Below, piece by piece: positions 39,001-52,212 of a DNA stretch of 64,000 nt. Numbering within the stretch: position 1 is the stretch's first letter; every line of letters begins with the position of its first letter. The stretch covers positions 67,148,001 through 67,212,000 of the forward strand of contig CM059432.1 of the NCBI GenBank assembly GCA_030390025.1. The letters run 5' to 3'. Below the pieces are notes generated by a model. That model saw only the letters and a program-made list of their open reading frames with translations, did no database searches and was not told where the DNA came from. Origin of the DNA: Squalus acanthias (lineage: Eukaryota). The translations under genes were made by a program, and so were the position numbers.

Positions 39001-40280
39001 TTCTGTCCTTCTCAATTATTATTTTAAAGAATATATTATGGTCACTATTGCCTAGATGATCCCCTACTTTTACTTCTCTTAACTGCTCTGGTTCATTCCC
39101 CATTACTAGGTCCAATAGCGAATCCTCCCTTGTTCAGCTTTTTACATATTGGGTTAGAAAGGAGTCCAATACACATTATAGGAACACATTCCCTTATCCC
39201 CCCTTACCTCCCTCTTCTGTCCAATTAATATCAGGGTAGTTGAAATCCCCCATGATTATTATTCTATGTTTTTTACTCATTTCCCTAATTTGATTGTATT
39301 TTTCTTCATCCACTTCCCTTCCACTATTAGGTGGCCTGTAGACTACCCCTATTAGTGTGATTGATCCTTTATTATCTTTCAATGAAGGACACCATGGAAG
39401 CACAATAACACAAAGCTTTTCCTCAGATACATATTCCAAGTTATGAGAATTACTTTCCAAAGTTCAATATGCAGCTCGCTATTTCAAATTACTATATTTC
39501 AGTTCACAAGGCATGCTTGAAGTGCAACGCTGAGTATACGCCGTCGTAAGCCTTCTGAAAGGCTCCGCAAGTTCCAGGTTTTCACATGCGCTGCGCATAA
39601 ACCCGGAACTTGCAATCGGTCATGGTACGCCTTGACAGATCTAATGAACAGACTCGAAATTCACTTTCGCTGGCGCAGAGTTGGGCAGCCCAGCAAATGC
39701 CTACGAAACGCTTACGCCTGGTAGGGCCTGCTTTCACCAGCTTATGGGTTAATATAAATCTAAAATTTAAATATAAAAAATGCACAAACACAAAATTAGT
39801 TTATGCAAATTTTGGCCCAGATTAAAATGTTTAAAATTATTTTTTATTGTATTTGCTGTACTGAAGGGACTTTTAATTAAAGTTGAAAATGAGAACATAG
39901 TTTTATTGCAGTTATCTGAATTGTTTAATTATTTGGGGATCCCATTAGGGTTTGTGGGGATTCAGTTCGTAAATGGAATCCTCTTTTCTCATTGGAGGAC
40001 CTGGCCCACATGATCCCAGGGACCCTTCCAAACTGCCTGCGTTCCTGGGATCCATGGGCCTTTACGCAGGCATACGCCTGGAGGCCCAGGACCTGAACGC
40101 TCCGTAGCTTTGGAGCCAGGAGGTAAGTTGGTAGATCTTTCGTGGGTTGGAGGCGTACTCCAGAGGTATGCCTCCGACCGCAAATTCTGGGCCGTTAATT
40201 CTGTTTCTCTCTCTCCACAGATGCTGCCTGACCTGCTGAGTATTTCCAGCATTTTCTGTCTTTATTTCAGATTTCCAGCA
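36090..40280 (-). mobile_element. Chimeric CR1 copy 2: CR1 ORF2 (APE to 3' end, 36090-39385) with mosaic 5' region
   Basis: CR1 motifs throughout; 38590-40253 colinear with 1-1458; interrupted by a MITE and a CR1 tail. Confidence 0.85.
36607..37017. mobile_element. Tc1/mariner (pogo/Tigger-like) MITE, 411 bp
   Basis: TA|CAGGAAACTTTTGTTCATCCGGCA ... TGCCGGATAAACGAAAGTTTCCTG|TA; 24-bp TIR with 2 mismatches; splits a CR1. Confidence 0.9.
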
Positions 40281-42239
40281 TCCACAGTATTTTGCTTTTG
40301 CTCCTTCACTATCCTCATTTCTTAGCCCTCCCTCCTATGCTCAAATATTTGCCCTCCACTCAACATCTAACCCCTCAACCTCCCTTTGCAAGACCTCTAT
40401 CCAGCTCTTCCCAAAGTCATTGATTCCAACACTTGCTCTTTCCGCAGTTACCTTCACCCGCACCATTACGACCCTTATCCTGGCAACATTGTCTTTTTTC
40501 ACTCTCCGCTTTAGTGTTGTCCTACACCATGACCCTTCGCCTCAGTTTCTCAATTTAAAAAAAAAGGTTAATCATTTTTAGTGTGACTAATCCATTTAAA
40601 AAGAAACTGGTCTCAGTTTAGCAAACATTAGTTTGAAACCTTCCATTATAAATGGAAATAAACCAAAAAAGCAATGACCTGCCACCAAAAACAGAAGTGT
40701 ATTTTTGACAGCTTACAACAGATGTCTATGCATCTTACTCAATAGAAGGGCTATATGAATCTTACCCAATTACATTTCAAATCAAATATTTTTCTGATAT
40801 ATCCAAAAAGCAAATTATCTAGGGTTACAGCCAAAACTAATAAAAAGCGAGAGAATCTGGTCATATTTTCTTCGAGTTACAATTCAAAAATTAACTTCAA
40901 TAATCTGTTTATTGCAAATAGCAAAGACCCTCCAGCTCAGGAAGTGGTCTGTGTATGTAACTGGAGGCAGATTTAAACCAAATGAAAAAACCTCACGGCA
41001 TTACATGGAATCCAAAAGCAAGTTTACAGTTGAACAAAACACGAGAACTACCAAATTATTTTTAACTTTATAACTTTAGCATTCAATAATGGCTCTGACA
41101 ACAATCCTGTACATTCTGTTCCGCCACTTAAAACCCAATAACCTTATGACTTTAATTAAAAAATATCCTCTGGTAGAGTTGGAGCTTTGTAGCTCAGTAT
41201 ATTAGGCAAGAAATGACTGGAATAAACTGGCTTGAAAAGAACACTTTTCTCATTGTATTTGTACAGTGCCATAAAATTATGTAACGGAAAATGGCATTTG
41301 TTTCCAGTTCCAAAAACTGAGCAAATTTGAAGAAACAAAATTTAGACAATCTCAAAATTGATATACTTGTATTTTTGCTACACATGCTGCTTATTTGGGG
41401 AAAGCTGGTGCTGGAAGCAACAAGTGCTAATCTTTTGTTAATTGGTAACCTGCCAAACAAAGTTAGAAGTTTAGATCACTCTCCAACTACTTAATGAAAT
41501 GCTGCACTTGAAAGACGAATCACCCATTCTTCCTCAACTAACACACACATAAAAGTGTACAGGGATTGAACTAAAAAAAGCTCTTCAGTTTTGTACTTAC
41601 TGTAAAAAGTTAGTACTTTGTTTTGAGAGAACATTATACAACCAAAGTAAATAAATATATAGATATATGCTGTCAGTGATTAATGTGCAGACATCACAGA
41701 ACAGCTCTTACAGTGCCATCATCTGATCAAACATTGCTTTGCATGCTTTTGATCTGTCTACTTTGGTATAAAAATGAAAATCCAAATAGCCAAAGTCGTA
41801 TGCTCATTTCAAAGGGATGCATACTTTAGTGAAAAATATTGAATGCCTATAAATAGAAAATAAGTTTGCAACCCACAGGGCAAGTTACCTACACACATTT
41901 CAAGAAATTAAAAATGGGTCTGTGTTCACTGACCCCCATCTCCCCTGCTCCCTTATTTGCAGAATTAATTTCCTGGATTGATTATACCACTTTAACTCTA
42001 GGTTAGTTTTCAAAAGGTGGTGAAGAATAGTCATCATTTTGGTGGGAAGAAGAGCAAGAGAAGGTTGAGAAAAAGAGGCAAGAGAGAGAAGATAGTCACC
42101 TAATTAGATTAAAAAGTTTCAATTCCATTTGAGGAAAAGGCATTTTTTGTTATTCTCGTATCCCCAAATACTACCATTGCCACCCTTGCCATAGAACGCC
42201 CAAACTGCTTCCTTTCTGCTAAGTGACCAAGTCCATAGG

Positions 42240-43095
42240 GTCCAGAATGGTGATGGACATTGAAGTCCCCCACCCAGAGTACATTCTGTGCCCTTGCTAC
42301 CCTCAGTGCTTCTTCCAAGTGGTGTTCAACATGGAGGAGTACTGATTCATCAGCTGAGGGAGGGCAGTAGGTGATAATCAGCAGGAGGTTTCCTAGCCCA
42401 GGCTTGACCTGAAGCCATGAGACTTCATGGGGTCTGGAGTCAATGTTGAGGACTCCCAGGGCCACTCCCGACTGTATACCACTGCGCCACCACCTCTGGT
42501 GGGTCTGTCCTGCCGATGGGACAACATATCCAGGGATGGTGATGAGGAGTCTGGGACATTGGCTGAAAGGTATGATTCTGTGAGTATGACTAGGTCAGGC
42601 TGTTGCTTGAATAGTCTGTGGGATAGCGCTCCCAATTTTGGCGCAAGTCCCCCGATGTTAGTGAGGACTTTGCAGTGTCGACTGGGCTGGGTGTGCTGTT
42701 GTCATGTCTGAAGCCGGTGCCTAGGTCGATGCCATGTGGTCCGTCCGATTTAATTCTTTATTGTTTCTCGTAGCGGTTTTGTACAACTGAGAGTCTTGGT
42801 CAGTTAAGAATCAACCACATTGCTGTGGGTCTGGAGTTACATATAGGCCAGACCAGGTAAGGACGGCAGATGTCCTTCCTCAAAGGATAATAGTGAACCA
42901 GATGGTTTTTTTTTTTCTCCACGATAATCTGATAGTTTCATGGTCACCATTATTGATACTAGCTTTTTATTCCAGATTTATTTAATTAACTGAATTTAAA
43001 TTCCCCAGCTGCCGTGGTGGGATATGAACTCACATCTCTGGATCATTAGTCCAGGCCTCTGGATTACTAGTCGAGTAACACAACCACTATGCTAC
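42240..43095 (-). mobile_element. tRNA-headed SINE-like segment (43095-42800) joined to a LINE APE domain (42780-42240)
   Basis: A-box-like TAGCATAGTGG and B-box-like GAGTTCATATCCC; then QQPDLVILTESYL, TYxPPS, VGDFNVHH. Confidence 0.7.
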
Positions 43096-43124
43096 AAAAT
43101 TCAGTACCATCCAGGTATTTTAAA

Positions 43125-43782
43125 AAATTTATTCATGGGATGTGGGCGTTGCTGGCAAAAGGTGAAGATACCCCCGCAGTGCTGTTAGGGAGGGAGTTCC
43201 AGCAACGATGAAGGAACGGCGATATATTTCCAAGTCAGGATGGTGTGTGACTATGAGGGGAACATTGGGTGGCGTTTCCATGCGCCTGCTGCCCTTGTCT
43301 TTCTAGGTGGCAGAGATCGTGGATTTGGGAGGTGCTGTCAAAGAAGCCTTAGCGAGTTGCAGCAGTGCATCTTGTAGATGGTACAACACTGCAGACACGG
43401 TGCACCAGTGATTGAGGGAGTGAATGTTTAAGGTGGTGGTTGGGGTGCCAATAAAGCAGGCTTGATGTGTTGAGCTTCTTGAGTGTTGTTGGAGCTGCAC
43501 TCATCCAGGCAAGTGGAGAGTATTCCATCACACTCCTGACTTGTGCCTTGTAGATGGTGGAAAGGCTTTGGGGAGTCAAGAGGTGAGACACTCGCCGCAG
43601 AATACCCAGCCTGTGGCCTGCTCTTGTAGCCACAGTATTTATGTGGCTGTTCCATTTAAGTTTCTAGTCAATGGTGACCTCAGGATGTTGATGATGGGGG
43701 ATTCGGCGATGGTAATCCTGTTGAATGTCAAGGAGAGGTGCCTAGACTCACTCTTGTTGGAGATGGTCATTGCCTGGCACTT
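43125..43782 (-). mobile_element. Second CR1-group LINE family, 3' fragment
   Basis: RLGILRRVSHLLTPQSLSTIYKAQVRSVMEYSPLAW. Confidence 0.85.
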
Positions 43783-44696
43783 TTGTAATTGTATTGTTGC
43801 TGAACTACAGCAACAATTTAACACACACAATTACATGCATCAGTGCAACTATAAACAAATGGATAATATATTCCATGTCACTGCACCCTTTTTAAACAGT
43901 TGAAAATAACCACTGTTCTATGTGCAGTGGGTCAGATGATAAGCTATCTCTAAATTGTTCCCCAGAGGATAACAGAATGCATTCCACACTGAAACCACAA
44001 AACACCCTTTGTGTCTTCTGCAGAGAAAAACTCAAAATCTAAACACAGTATTTTTAAATGAGCAGATGGGTATTTGATTTTTGAAATACTAATTTAGCAA
44101 TAGTTTCAGAAAGCAAAAATGGCTATCTTCAACTAAAGGTTTTTATTTCCATATTTTATTGTACCATTTAGGTAGTAATGTACAACAACCAAATAGTGCC
44201 AGTGCACTTTGTGTAGAATTGGCATTGGAAAAGCAAGCAAGCAAAATTCAACTGTGCCAATGTTTTAAGATTACATATCCCCCATTCCAAGTTAAGTAAA
44301 ATTCAAGAATGGGTTCCAACAGTATAAATAAGGGCGATGGGGAACAATTTAGAGATAGATAATAAAGCTCTTTATACAGTTCAAGAACTGGAGCATCAGT
44401 TACTGATACCACAGTACCTTAGGGAGAGAATACCTCAATACTCGTCCATTTATGTGCAGCTCTACCTATAAATTGAATTCCACTGCTCCCTCCAAGTCTC
44501 CAAAGAAATTGAAATTACTTATCTTCATAACCAAAGATAGTTCACTTAAAAATAATTCTAAACTAAAGTCACACACTCCTGCAACTAACTTTGAAATAAA
44601 AATAGTTCCTTTTTTTTGTTGCAATAAGACTGGTAATTGCTACTTCCTTTCCAGAGTGTCTGACAAAGCTTTTCCCTCAAACATGATTAAACTTAC

Positions 44697-44881
44697 TTCA
44701 ATCTGACTTGTAAGTTGTTTGCAAGTTCCTGCTTAGCAGTGGTACATTTCTGTTTAATATCCAGCAGCTTCTTGTGGTTTGTTAACATAATCATTAACTG
44801 ATTTGCATGACTCAGACATAAATCAGGAAGAACAGATGGGTCTTTCAGGTTTTCAGCTCTCTTCTGATTAGCTAAAAATCC
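44697..44881 (-). CDS. RB1CC1: RB1CC1 coding exon (~exon 9), 185 nt
   Basis: caacag|GFLANQKRAENLKDPSVLPDLCLSHANQLMIMLTNHKKLLDIKQKCTTAKQELANNLQVRL(K)|GTAAGT; not in the ORF track, translated by hand. Confidence 0.97.
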
Positions 44882-45509
44882 CTGTTGGTATAAAACAAGG
44901 CATTAATTATGCAAAACTCATATCCAAAAGTTACATCTAAGCAGTACAGAAACATTTCAGAATATAAATACTATGGGGTTTACATAATAATGCCTGCAAT
45001 GCACTGCTCACAGTATCACACTTCACATAGCTTATGGAACTCAAAATTTGCATGAAGTACCACTCCCAGACACATACTGTATATTCTATTTATAAAGCAT
45101 ATTTATTTCCTTGAACAGTTTAATTTTTTAGTTAGTTTTTGGCTGATTTTGGGCAGATTTCCGAGCACTTATGCAGTAAGAGGCTGTAAAGAAAGTGTTG
45201 TTTATGTGAAGTGGCCCACAGTCAACACAAAACTGTCAAAAACAAATTTAAATAGGATGCATATGGAAATGGGTCGTTTGTGAAAAATTGCCAGTTCCAG
45301 TTTAAAGTGGCACGAAGAGGCAGACACTAAACCGCCTGTAACGTCATTGGTACATCATGAAATTTATCACCCATAAAAATCCTTTGATTAAACTCTTATC
45401 CAACTCCAACAAGAAATTAAAGACAACCATTTTTATTTAACCGAGAAATCAAAGTGAAGGGCCATCATGCATGACAGTATCAAAGTTAAAAACTGTTGGA
45501 GAAAAGAGA

Positions 45510-45932
45510 AATTGAGCCTATACTCTCCTGGAGTTTAGAAAAATATGAGAGGTGACCTCATTGAAACATACAAGATTCTGAGGAGGATTGACAGGGTAGA
45601 TGAGGAGAGGTTGTTTCCCCTGGCAGGAAAGTCAAGAACGAGGGGGCACAGTCTCAGGATAAGGGGTCAGCCATTTAAGACTGAGATTAAGAAGAACTTC
45701 TTAACTCAGAGAGTTGAGTCTTTGGAATTCTCTACCCCAAAGGGCTGTGGATGCTGAATCGTTGAGTATATGCAAGGCTGAGATGGATAGATGTTTGGAC
45801 TCTAGAGGAGTCAAGGGATATGGAGATCGAGTGAGAAAGTAGAGTTGAGGTCAAAGATCAGCCTTGATCGTAATGCATGGCAGAGCAGGCTCGAGGGGCC
45901 ATGTGGCGAACTCCTGCTTCTGATTCTTATGT
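45510..45932 (+). mobile_element. CR1 LINE 3' fragment
   Basis: MRGDLIETYKILR...TRGHSLRIRG. Confidence 0.9.
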
Positions 45933-45947
45933 AAAACTTATGTAGAA

Positions 45948-46029
45948 CAGGAGTAAGAGCAGGAGTAAGAGCAGGAGTAAGAGCAGGAGTAAGAGCAGGA
46001 GTAAGAGCAGGAGTAAGAGCAGGAGTAAG
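45948..46029. repeat. Perfect 12-bp minisatellite (CAGGAGTAAGAG) x6.8
   Basis: Direct reading. Confidence 0.95.
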
Positions 46030-46319
46030 CCATTTGGCCTTTTGAGCCATTCAAGGAGAGGTGGCTAGACTCTCTTGTTGGAGATGAGCCATTCAATAAG
46101 ACCATGGCTGATCTTCTACCTCAACTCCACCTTCCCGCACTATTCTCATATCCCTTGATTCCCTTAGTTTCCAAACATCATTTGGAAGAAGCAATGAGAA
46201 TAGCAAGGGCACAGAATGCACTCTGACTTCAATGTCCATCACCAAGAGTGGCTCGGTAACACCACTACTGACTGAGCTGGGCGAGCCCTGAAGGGCATTG
46301 CTGCCAGACTGGGCATGCA

Positions 46320-48605
46320 GCAGGTGGAGAGAGAAACAACACGAGAGGAAAAACCTACTTGACCTCGTCCTCACCAATCTACCTGTCGCAGATGCATCTG
46401 GCCATGACAGTATTGGCAGCAGTGACCACCGCAGAATCCTTGTGGAGACGAAGTCCCGTCTTCACATGGATGACACCTTCCAGTGTTGTGTGGCACGATC
46501 ACCATGCTAAATGGGATAGATTCAGACCAGATCTAGCCGCACAAAACTGGGCATCCATGAGGCGCTGTGGGCCATCAACAGCAGCAAAATTGTATTCACA
46601 ACAATCTAACCTCATGGCCTCGCTCTACCATTAACACCAAACCAGGCGACCAACCCTGGTTCAATGAGAAGTGTAGAAGAGCATGCCAGGAGCCCCACCA
46701 GGCATTCCTAAAAATGAGGTGCCAACCTGGGGAAGCTGCAACACAGGACTACGTGGATGCTAAACAGTGGAAGCAGCATGCTATAGACAGAGCTAAGAGA
46801 TCCTACAGTCAACAGATCAGATCAAAATTCTGCAGTCCTGCCATATCCAGTCGTAAATGGTGGTGGATCATAAAACATCCCCATCCTCAATGATGGCGGA
46901 GTCCAGCACACGAGTGCAAAAGACGAGGCTGAAGCGTTTGCAACCATCTTCAGCCAGAAACGCTGAGTGGATGATCCATCGCGCCCTCCTCCTGAGGTCC
47001 CCACCATCACAGAAGCCAGTCTTCAACCTATTCGATTCACTCCACGTGGCATCAAGAAATGGCTGAGCGCACTGGATACAGCAAAGGCTATGGGCCCCGA
47101 CAACATCCTGGCTGTCGTGCTGAAGACTTGTGCTCCAGAACTAGCCGTGCTTCTAGCCAAGCTGTTCCAATACAGCTATAACACTGGCATCTACCAGACA
47201 ACATGGAAAACTGCCCAGGTATGTCCTGTCCACAAAAACAGCACAAATCCAATCTGGCCAATTACTGCCCCATCAGTCTACTCTCAATTATCAGCAAAGT
47301 GATGGAAGGTGTTGACGACAGTGCTATCAAGCGGCACTTACTCACCAATAACCTGCTCACCGATGCTCAGTTTGGGTTCCACTAGGACCACTCGACTCCA
47401 GACATCATTACAACTTGGTTCAAACATGGACAAAAGAGCTGAATTCCAGAGGTGAGAGTGACTGCCCTCGACATCAAGGCAGCATTTGACCGAGTGTGGC
47501 ATCAAGGAGCCCTAGTAACATTGAATTCAATGGGAATCAGGGGAAAGACTCTCCACTGGCTGGAGTCATACCTAGCACAAAGGAAGATGGCTGTGGTTGT
47601 TGGAGCCCAATCATCTCAGCCCCAGGACATCGCTACAGGAGTTCCTCAGGGCAATGTCCTAGGCCCAACCATCTTCAGCTGCTTCATCAATGACCTTCCC
47701 TCCATCATAAGGTCAGAAGTGGGGATGCTAGCTGATGATTGCAGAGTGTTCAGTTCCATTCGCAACTCCTCAGATAATGAAGCAGTCCATGCCCGCATGC
47801 AGCAAAACCTGGACGACATTCAGGCTGATAAGTGGCAAGTAACAATCGAGCCACACAAGTGCAAAGCAATGACTATCTCCAACAAGAGAGCATCTAACCA
47901 CCACCCCTTGACATTGAACAGCATTACCATCGCCGAATCCCCCACCATCAACATCCTGGGGTGTCACCATTGACCAGAAACTTAACTGGACCAGCCACGT
48001 AAATACTATTGCTACAAGAGCAGGTCAGAGGCTGGGTATTCTGTGGCAAGTGTCTCACCTCCCGACTCCCCAAAGCCTTTCCACCAGCTATAAGGCACAA
48101 GTCAGGAGTGTGATGGAATACTCTCCACTTGCCTAGATGAGTGCAGCTCCAACAACATTCAAGAAGCTCAACATCATCCAGGACAAAGCAGCCCGCTTGA
48201 TTGGCACCCCATCCACCACCCTAAACATTCACCCCCTCCACCAGCGGTGCACCGTGGCTACAATGTATGCCATCTACAAGATGCACTGCAGCAACTCGCC
48301 AAGGTTTTTCCAACAGCACCTCCCAAACCCATGAGCTCTACCACCTAGAAGGACAAGGGCAACAGGCGTATGGGAAAGCCATCACATCGAAGTTACCCTC
48401 TAAGTCACACACTATCCTGACTTGGAAATATATCGCCGTTCCTTCATAGCCCTGGAACTTGCTCCCGAACAGCACGATGAGAGTACCTTCACCACGTGGA
48501 CTGCAGTGGTTCAAGGCGCCGGCTCACCTTCTCAAGGGCAATCAAGGATGGGCAAGAAATATTGGCCTTGCCAGCAACACCACATCCCAGGAACAAGTTT
48601 TTAAA
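46320..48605 (+). mobile_element. Second CR1-group LINE family (end of APE + RT + 3' end), internally deleted
   Basis: LDLVLTN, GSSDH, KAMGPDNI, ALDIKAAFDRVWH, GVPQG.VLGP, LADD. Confidence 0.92.
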
Positions 48606-48614
48606 AAACTGGCT

Positions 48615-49052
48615 ACATTACACTCAGTCCCCCTCCTCTAAGTCACTGATATAGATTGTGAATAACTGAGGCCCAAACACTGATCCTTGCAGTAGCCCAC
48701 TAGTTACAGCCTGCCAACCCGAAAGTGACCCGTTTATTCCTACTCTGTTTTCTGTCTATTAACCAATCCTCAATCCATGCGAATATATGACCCCAATCCC
48801 ATGAGCCCTAATTTTGTTCAATAACCTTGTGTGGCACCTAATCGAATGCTTTCTGAAAATCCAAATACACTACATCCACGAGTTCCCACTCATCTACCCT
48901 GCTAGTTACAACCTTAAAAAAACGAACAGATTTGTCAAACACGATTTACCTTTCACAAATCCTTGTTGACTCTTCCCAATCATAGTATGATTTTCTAAGA
49001 GCCCTGTTATCACGTCCCTTATAATAGATTCCAGCATTTTCCCTACTGTCAG
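48615..49052 (-). mobile_element. CR1 RT fragment
   Basis: VGKMLESIIRDVI...GFVKGKSCLTNL. Confidence 0.85.
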
Positions 49053-50769
49053 GCAGCTACAATAAAATAGAGTACTTAAATAGAAAAACTTACAGGTTTC
49101 TGTTTTCACACTAATCACAACAGGAAATCTGAACCCACAGAACCCAACACAAACTACATGCATCTCAACTCACTGACATCAGCATATGCTGAACAGTGCA
49201 GCACAGCTAATTAGGCACCGGCAAATTAATAAACTAGTGTAGCAACAGACACCACTAAATCAATAAATTCAGAGAGCAACAAGCATCAACAAATTAATAA
49301 ATGATGACACCAGCTGTTACACAGGTGAATTCTAAACTAATGCAGCAGCAGGCATCAACAAATTAAAATGGAGCAGTGGGCATCAATGAAGCAATAAATT
49401 CAGAGCAGAGGGACACCAACAAATAAGTGCTCACTAACAAGCAGTGGTCACCAGTCAATTAATATCCCCTTCCTACCTTTGTCACCGCTGCTTCCAGCCA
49501 CCTCTGCTGCTAACTGACTGCCGGTTTCACCAGCAATTTACTTTTCAAAGCACTAGGAGTGATTATCTTTATATGCTGACTGTAGTCATAACGGCACGGA
49601 TGGAGGCCATTTGGCCCATCGAGTCCGTGCCGGCTCTCTGTACAGCAATCAGTCAGTCCCATTCCCCCGCTCTATTCCCGTAGCCCTGCAAGTTGATTTC
49701 CCTCAAGTGCCTATCCAGTCTCCACTTGAAAACATTGAGTGTCTCTGCTTCCACCACTTTCGTCGGCAGCGAGTTCCAGGTCCTCACCACTCGCTGCGTA
49801 AAAAAGTTTTTCCTTACATCCCCCGTATGGCTTGCCCAAAACCTTAAATTTGTGTCCCCTCGTCCTTGTACCATCAACTAGTGGGAACAGCCTTTTCCCC
49901 GTCTAGCCTATCCAAACCAGTCATAATCTTGTACACTTCGATCAAATCACCCCTCACCTCCTTTGCTCAAAGGAAAACAAATCCAGCTTCTCCAACCTGT
50001 CCTTGTAGCGAAGATCCCCCATCCCCAGAACCATTCTGGTAAATCTCCTCTGCACCCTCTCAGGGGCCTTCACAACCTTCCTAAAATGTGGTGACCAGAA
50101 CTGGACACAATACTCCAGTTGTGGCCTAACCAGTGCATTATAAAGATTCAGCATAACTTCTCTACTTTTGTACCCAATACCTCTATTTATGAAGCCCAAG
50201 ATCCCATATGCTTTGCTAACCACTCTCTCAATATGTCCTGCCACCTTCAGGGACCTATGCACATTAACTCCCAGGTCCCTCTGTCACTGCACACCCCTCT
50301 TTAAAACTGTGCCATTAAGTGTATATTGCCTCTCCCTGTTCCTTCTGCCAAAATGCATCACCTCACACTTCTCTATTAAATTCCACCTGCCACTTGTCTG
50401 CCCATTCTGCTAGCCTTCTATGTCCTGTTGCAGTCGAGTGGTATCATCATCACTGTTTGCCACACCCCCAAGTTTGGTGCCATCGGCAAATTTAGAAATT
50501 CTACTCTGTATTCCAATATCCAGGTCATTTATATATATCAAAAAAAGCAGTGGCCCCAGCACTAACCCTTGGGAACACCATTGTCTACCATCCTCCAGTC
50601 TGAAAAACAGCCATTTACCACAACTCGCTGTTTTCTGTCCTTAAGCCAATTCCTTATCCAAGGTGCCACTGACCCACCTATTCCATGAGCCTCAATTTTG
50701 TTAACCAGCCTTCTATGTGGTACTTTGTCAAATGCCTTCCGAAAATCCATGTAGACAACATCCATTGCA

Positions 50770-51036
50770 CCATCATCCCTTTTGTCTCTTAATCTCTCCT
50801 GCCTTCCATCCTATCACAGACCTTCCCTTTTGTTCTTCCCTTCCCCCCTTTCCCTGCCCCTACACTTGCTTAAAAACCTGTTCCATCTCCAGCTTTTTCC
50901 AGTTCTGACGAAGGGTCATCAACCTGAAACATTAACTCTGTTTCTCTCTCCGCAGATGCGGCCTGACCTGCTGAGTATTTCCAGCATTTTCTGTTTTTAT
51001 TTCAGATTTCCAGCATCCGCAGAATTTTGCTTTTGT
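50770..51036 (+). mobile_element. Family A pLTR with degenerate hammerhead (50901-50937)
   Basis: AGTT-CTGACGA-A-GGGTC-atc-AACCT-GAAA-CATT-AACT; two G>A changes at CpG sites. Confidence 0.8.
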
Positions 51037-51037
51037 A

Positions 51038-52212
51038 ATCTTCTTCTCTTAGGCAGTCCCTCGGAACAGAGGATGACTTGCTTCCACATTAAAAATGAGT
51101 TCTCAGGTGACTGATGAGCCCAATGCGGGACCTACAGTCTGTCACAGGTGGGGCAGACGGTGGTTGAAGGGGCGGGTGGGTGGGTTGCTTGGGTTGACGT
51201 GCGCTCGGGTTGACATGCGCTGCTTGCGCTTGGTTTCCACTTGCTCCCAGCGAAGAGATTCGAGGTGTTCGGCGCTTTCCTGGATACTTCTCCGCCACTT
51301 TGTGCGGTCTTGGGCCAGGGATTCCCAGGTGTCAGTGGGGATGTTGCACTTTTTCAAGGAGGCTTTGAGGGTGTCCTTGAAGCGTTTCCTCTGCTCACCT
51401 GGGGCTCTCTTGCTGTGTCGGAGCTCAGAGTAGAGCGCTTGTTTTGGGAGTCGCTTATTGGGCAATCGGACGATGTGACCCATCCATCGGAATTGATCGA
51501 GCGTGGTCAAAGCTTCGATGCTGGGGGTGTTGGCCTGAGCGAGAACACTGACATGGGTGCGCCTATCCTGCCAATGGATTTGCAGGATCTTGCGGAGGCA
51601 ACGTTGGTGGTACCTCTCCAGTGCTTTGAGGTGCCTGCTGTACATGGTCTATGTCTCTGAGGCATACAGCAGGGCAGGTATCACTGCTGCTCTGTAGACC
51701 ATGAGCTTCGTGTCAGGTTTGAGGTCCTGGTCTTCAAACACTCTCTTCCTCAGGCAACCGAAGGCTGCACTGGCACACTGAAGGCGGTGTTGGACTTCGT
51801 CATCGACGTCTGCCCTTGTCGACAGTAGGCTCCAGAGGTATGGAAAGTGGTCCACGTTGTCCAAGGCCTTGTCGTGGGTTTTGATAATCGGGGGGCAGTA
51901 CTGTGTGGCGGGGTCAGGTTGGTAGAGGACCTTTGTCTTACGGATGTTTAGTGTAAGGCCTATGCTCTCGTACGCTTCGGTGAAGGTGTTGACGATGGTT
52001 TGGAGTTCGACCTCCGAGTGAGCGCAGACGCAAGCGTCGTCTGCATACTGTAATTCGACAAGAGGATGGGACAACCTTGGATCTGGGCTGGAGGCGACGG
52101 AGATTGAACAGTTTCCCGTTTGTTCTGAAAATTAGCTCCACTCCAGCGGGGAGCTTACTGAGGGCGAGACGGAGCATTGCGGAAAGGAAGATCGAGAAGA
52201 GCGTTGGTGCGA
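51038..52212 (-). mobile_element. RTE-clade LINE, 5'-truncated
   Basis: LQYADDA, LNIRKTKV, YHQRCLRKILQIHWQD, RWMGHIVRLP..RLPKQALYSEL, KRFKDTLK. Confidence 0.92.

Noticed and set aside
42995..43095. Functional tRNA gene
   Set aside because: Degenerate boxes, no convincing cloverleaf, and continuous with a SINE-type core.
45811..46050. (TPAL)n ORF or CRISPR-like array
   Set aside because: A spacer-less 12-bp tandem repeat derived from a CR1 tail in a vertebrate intron.
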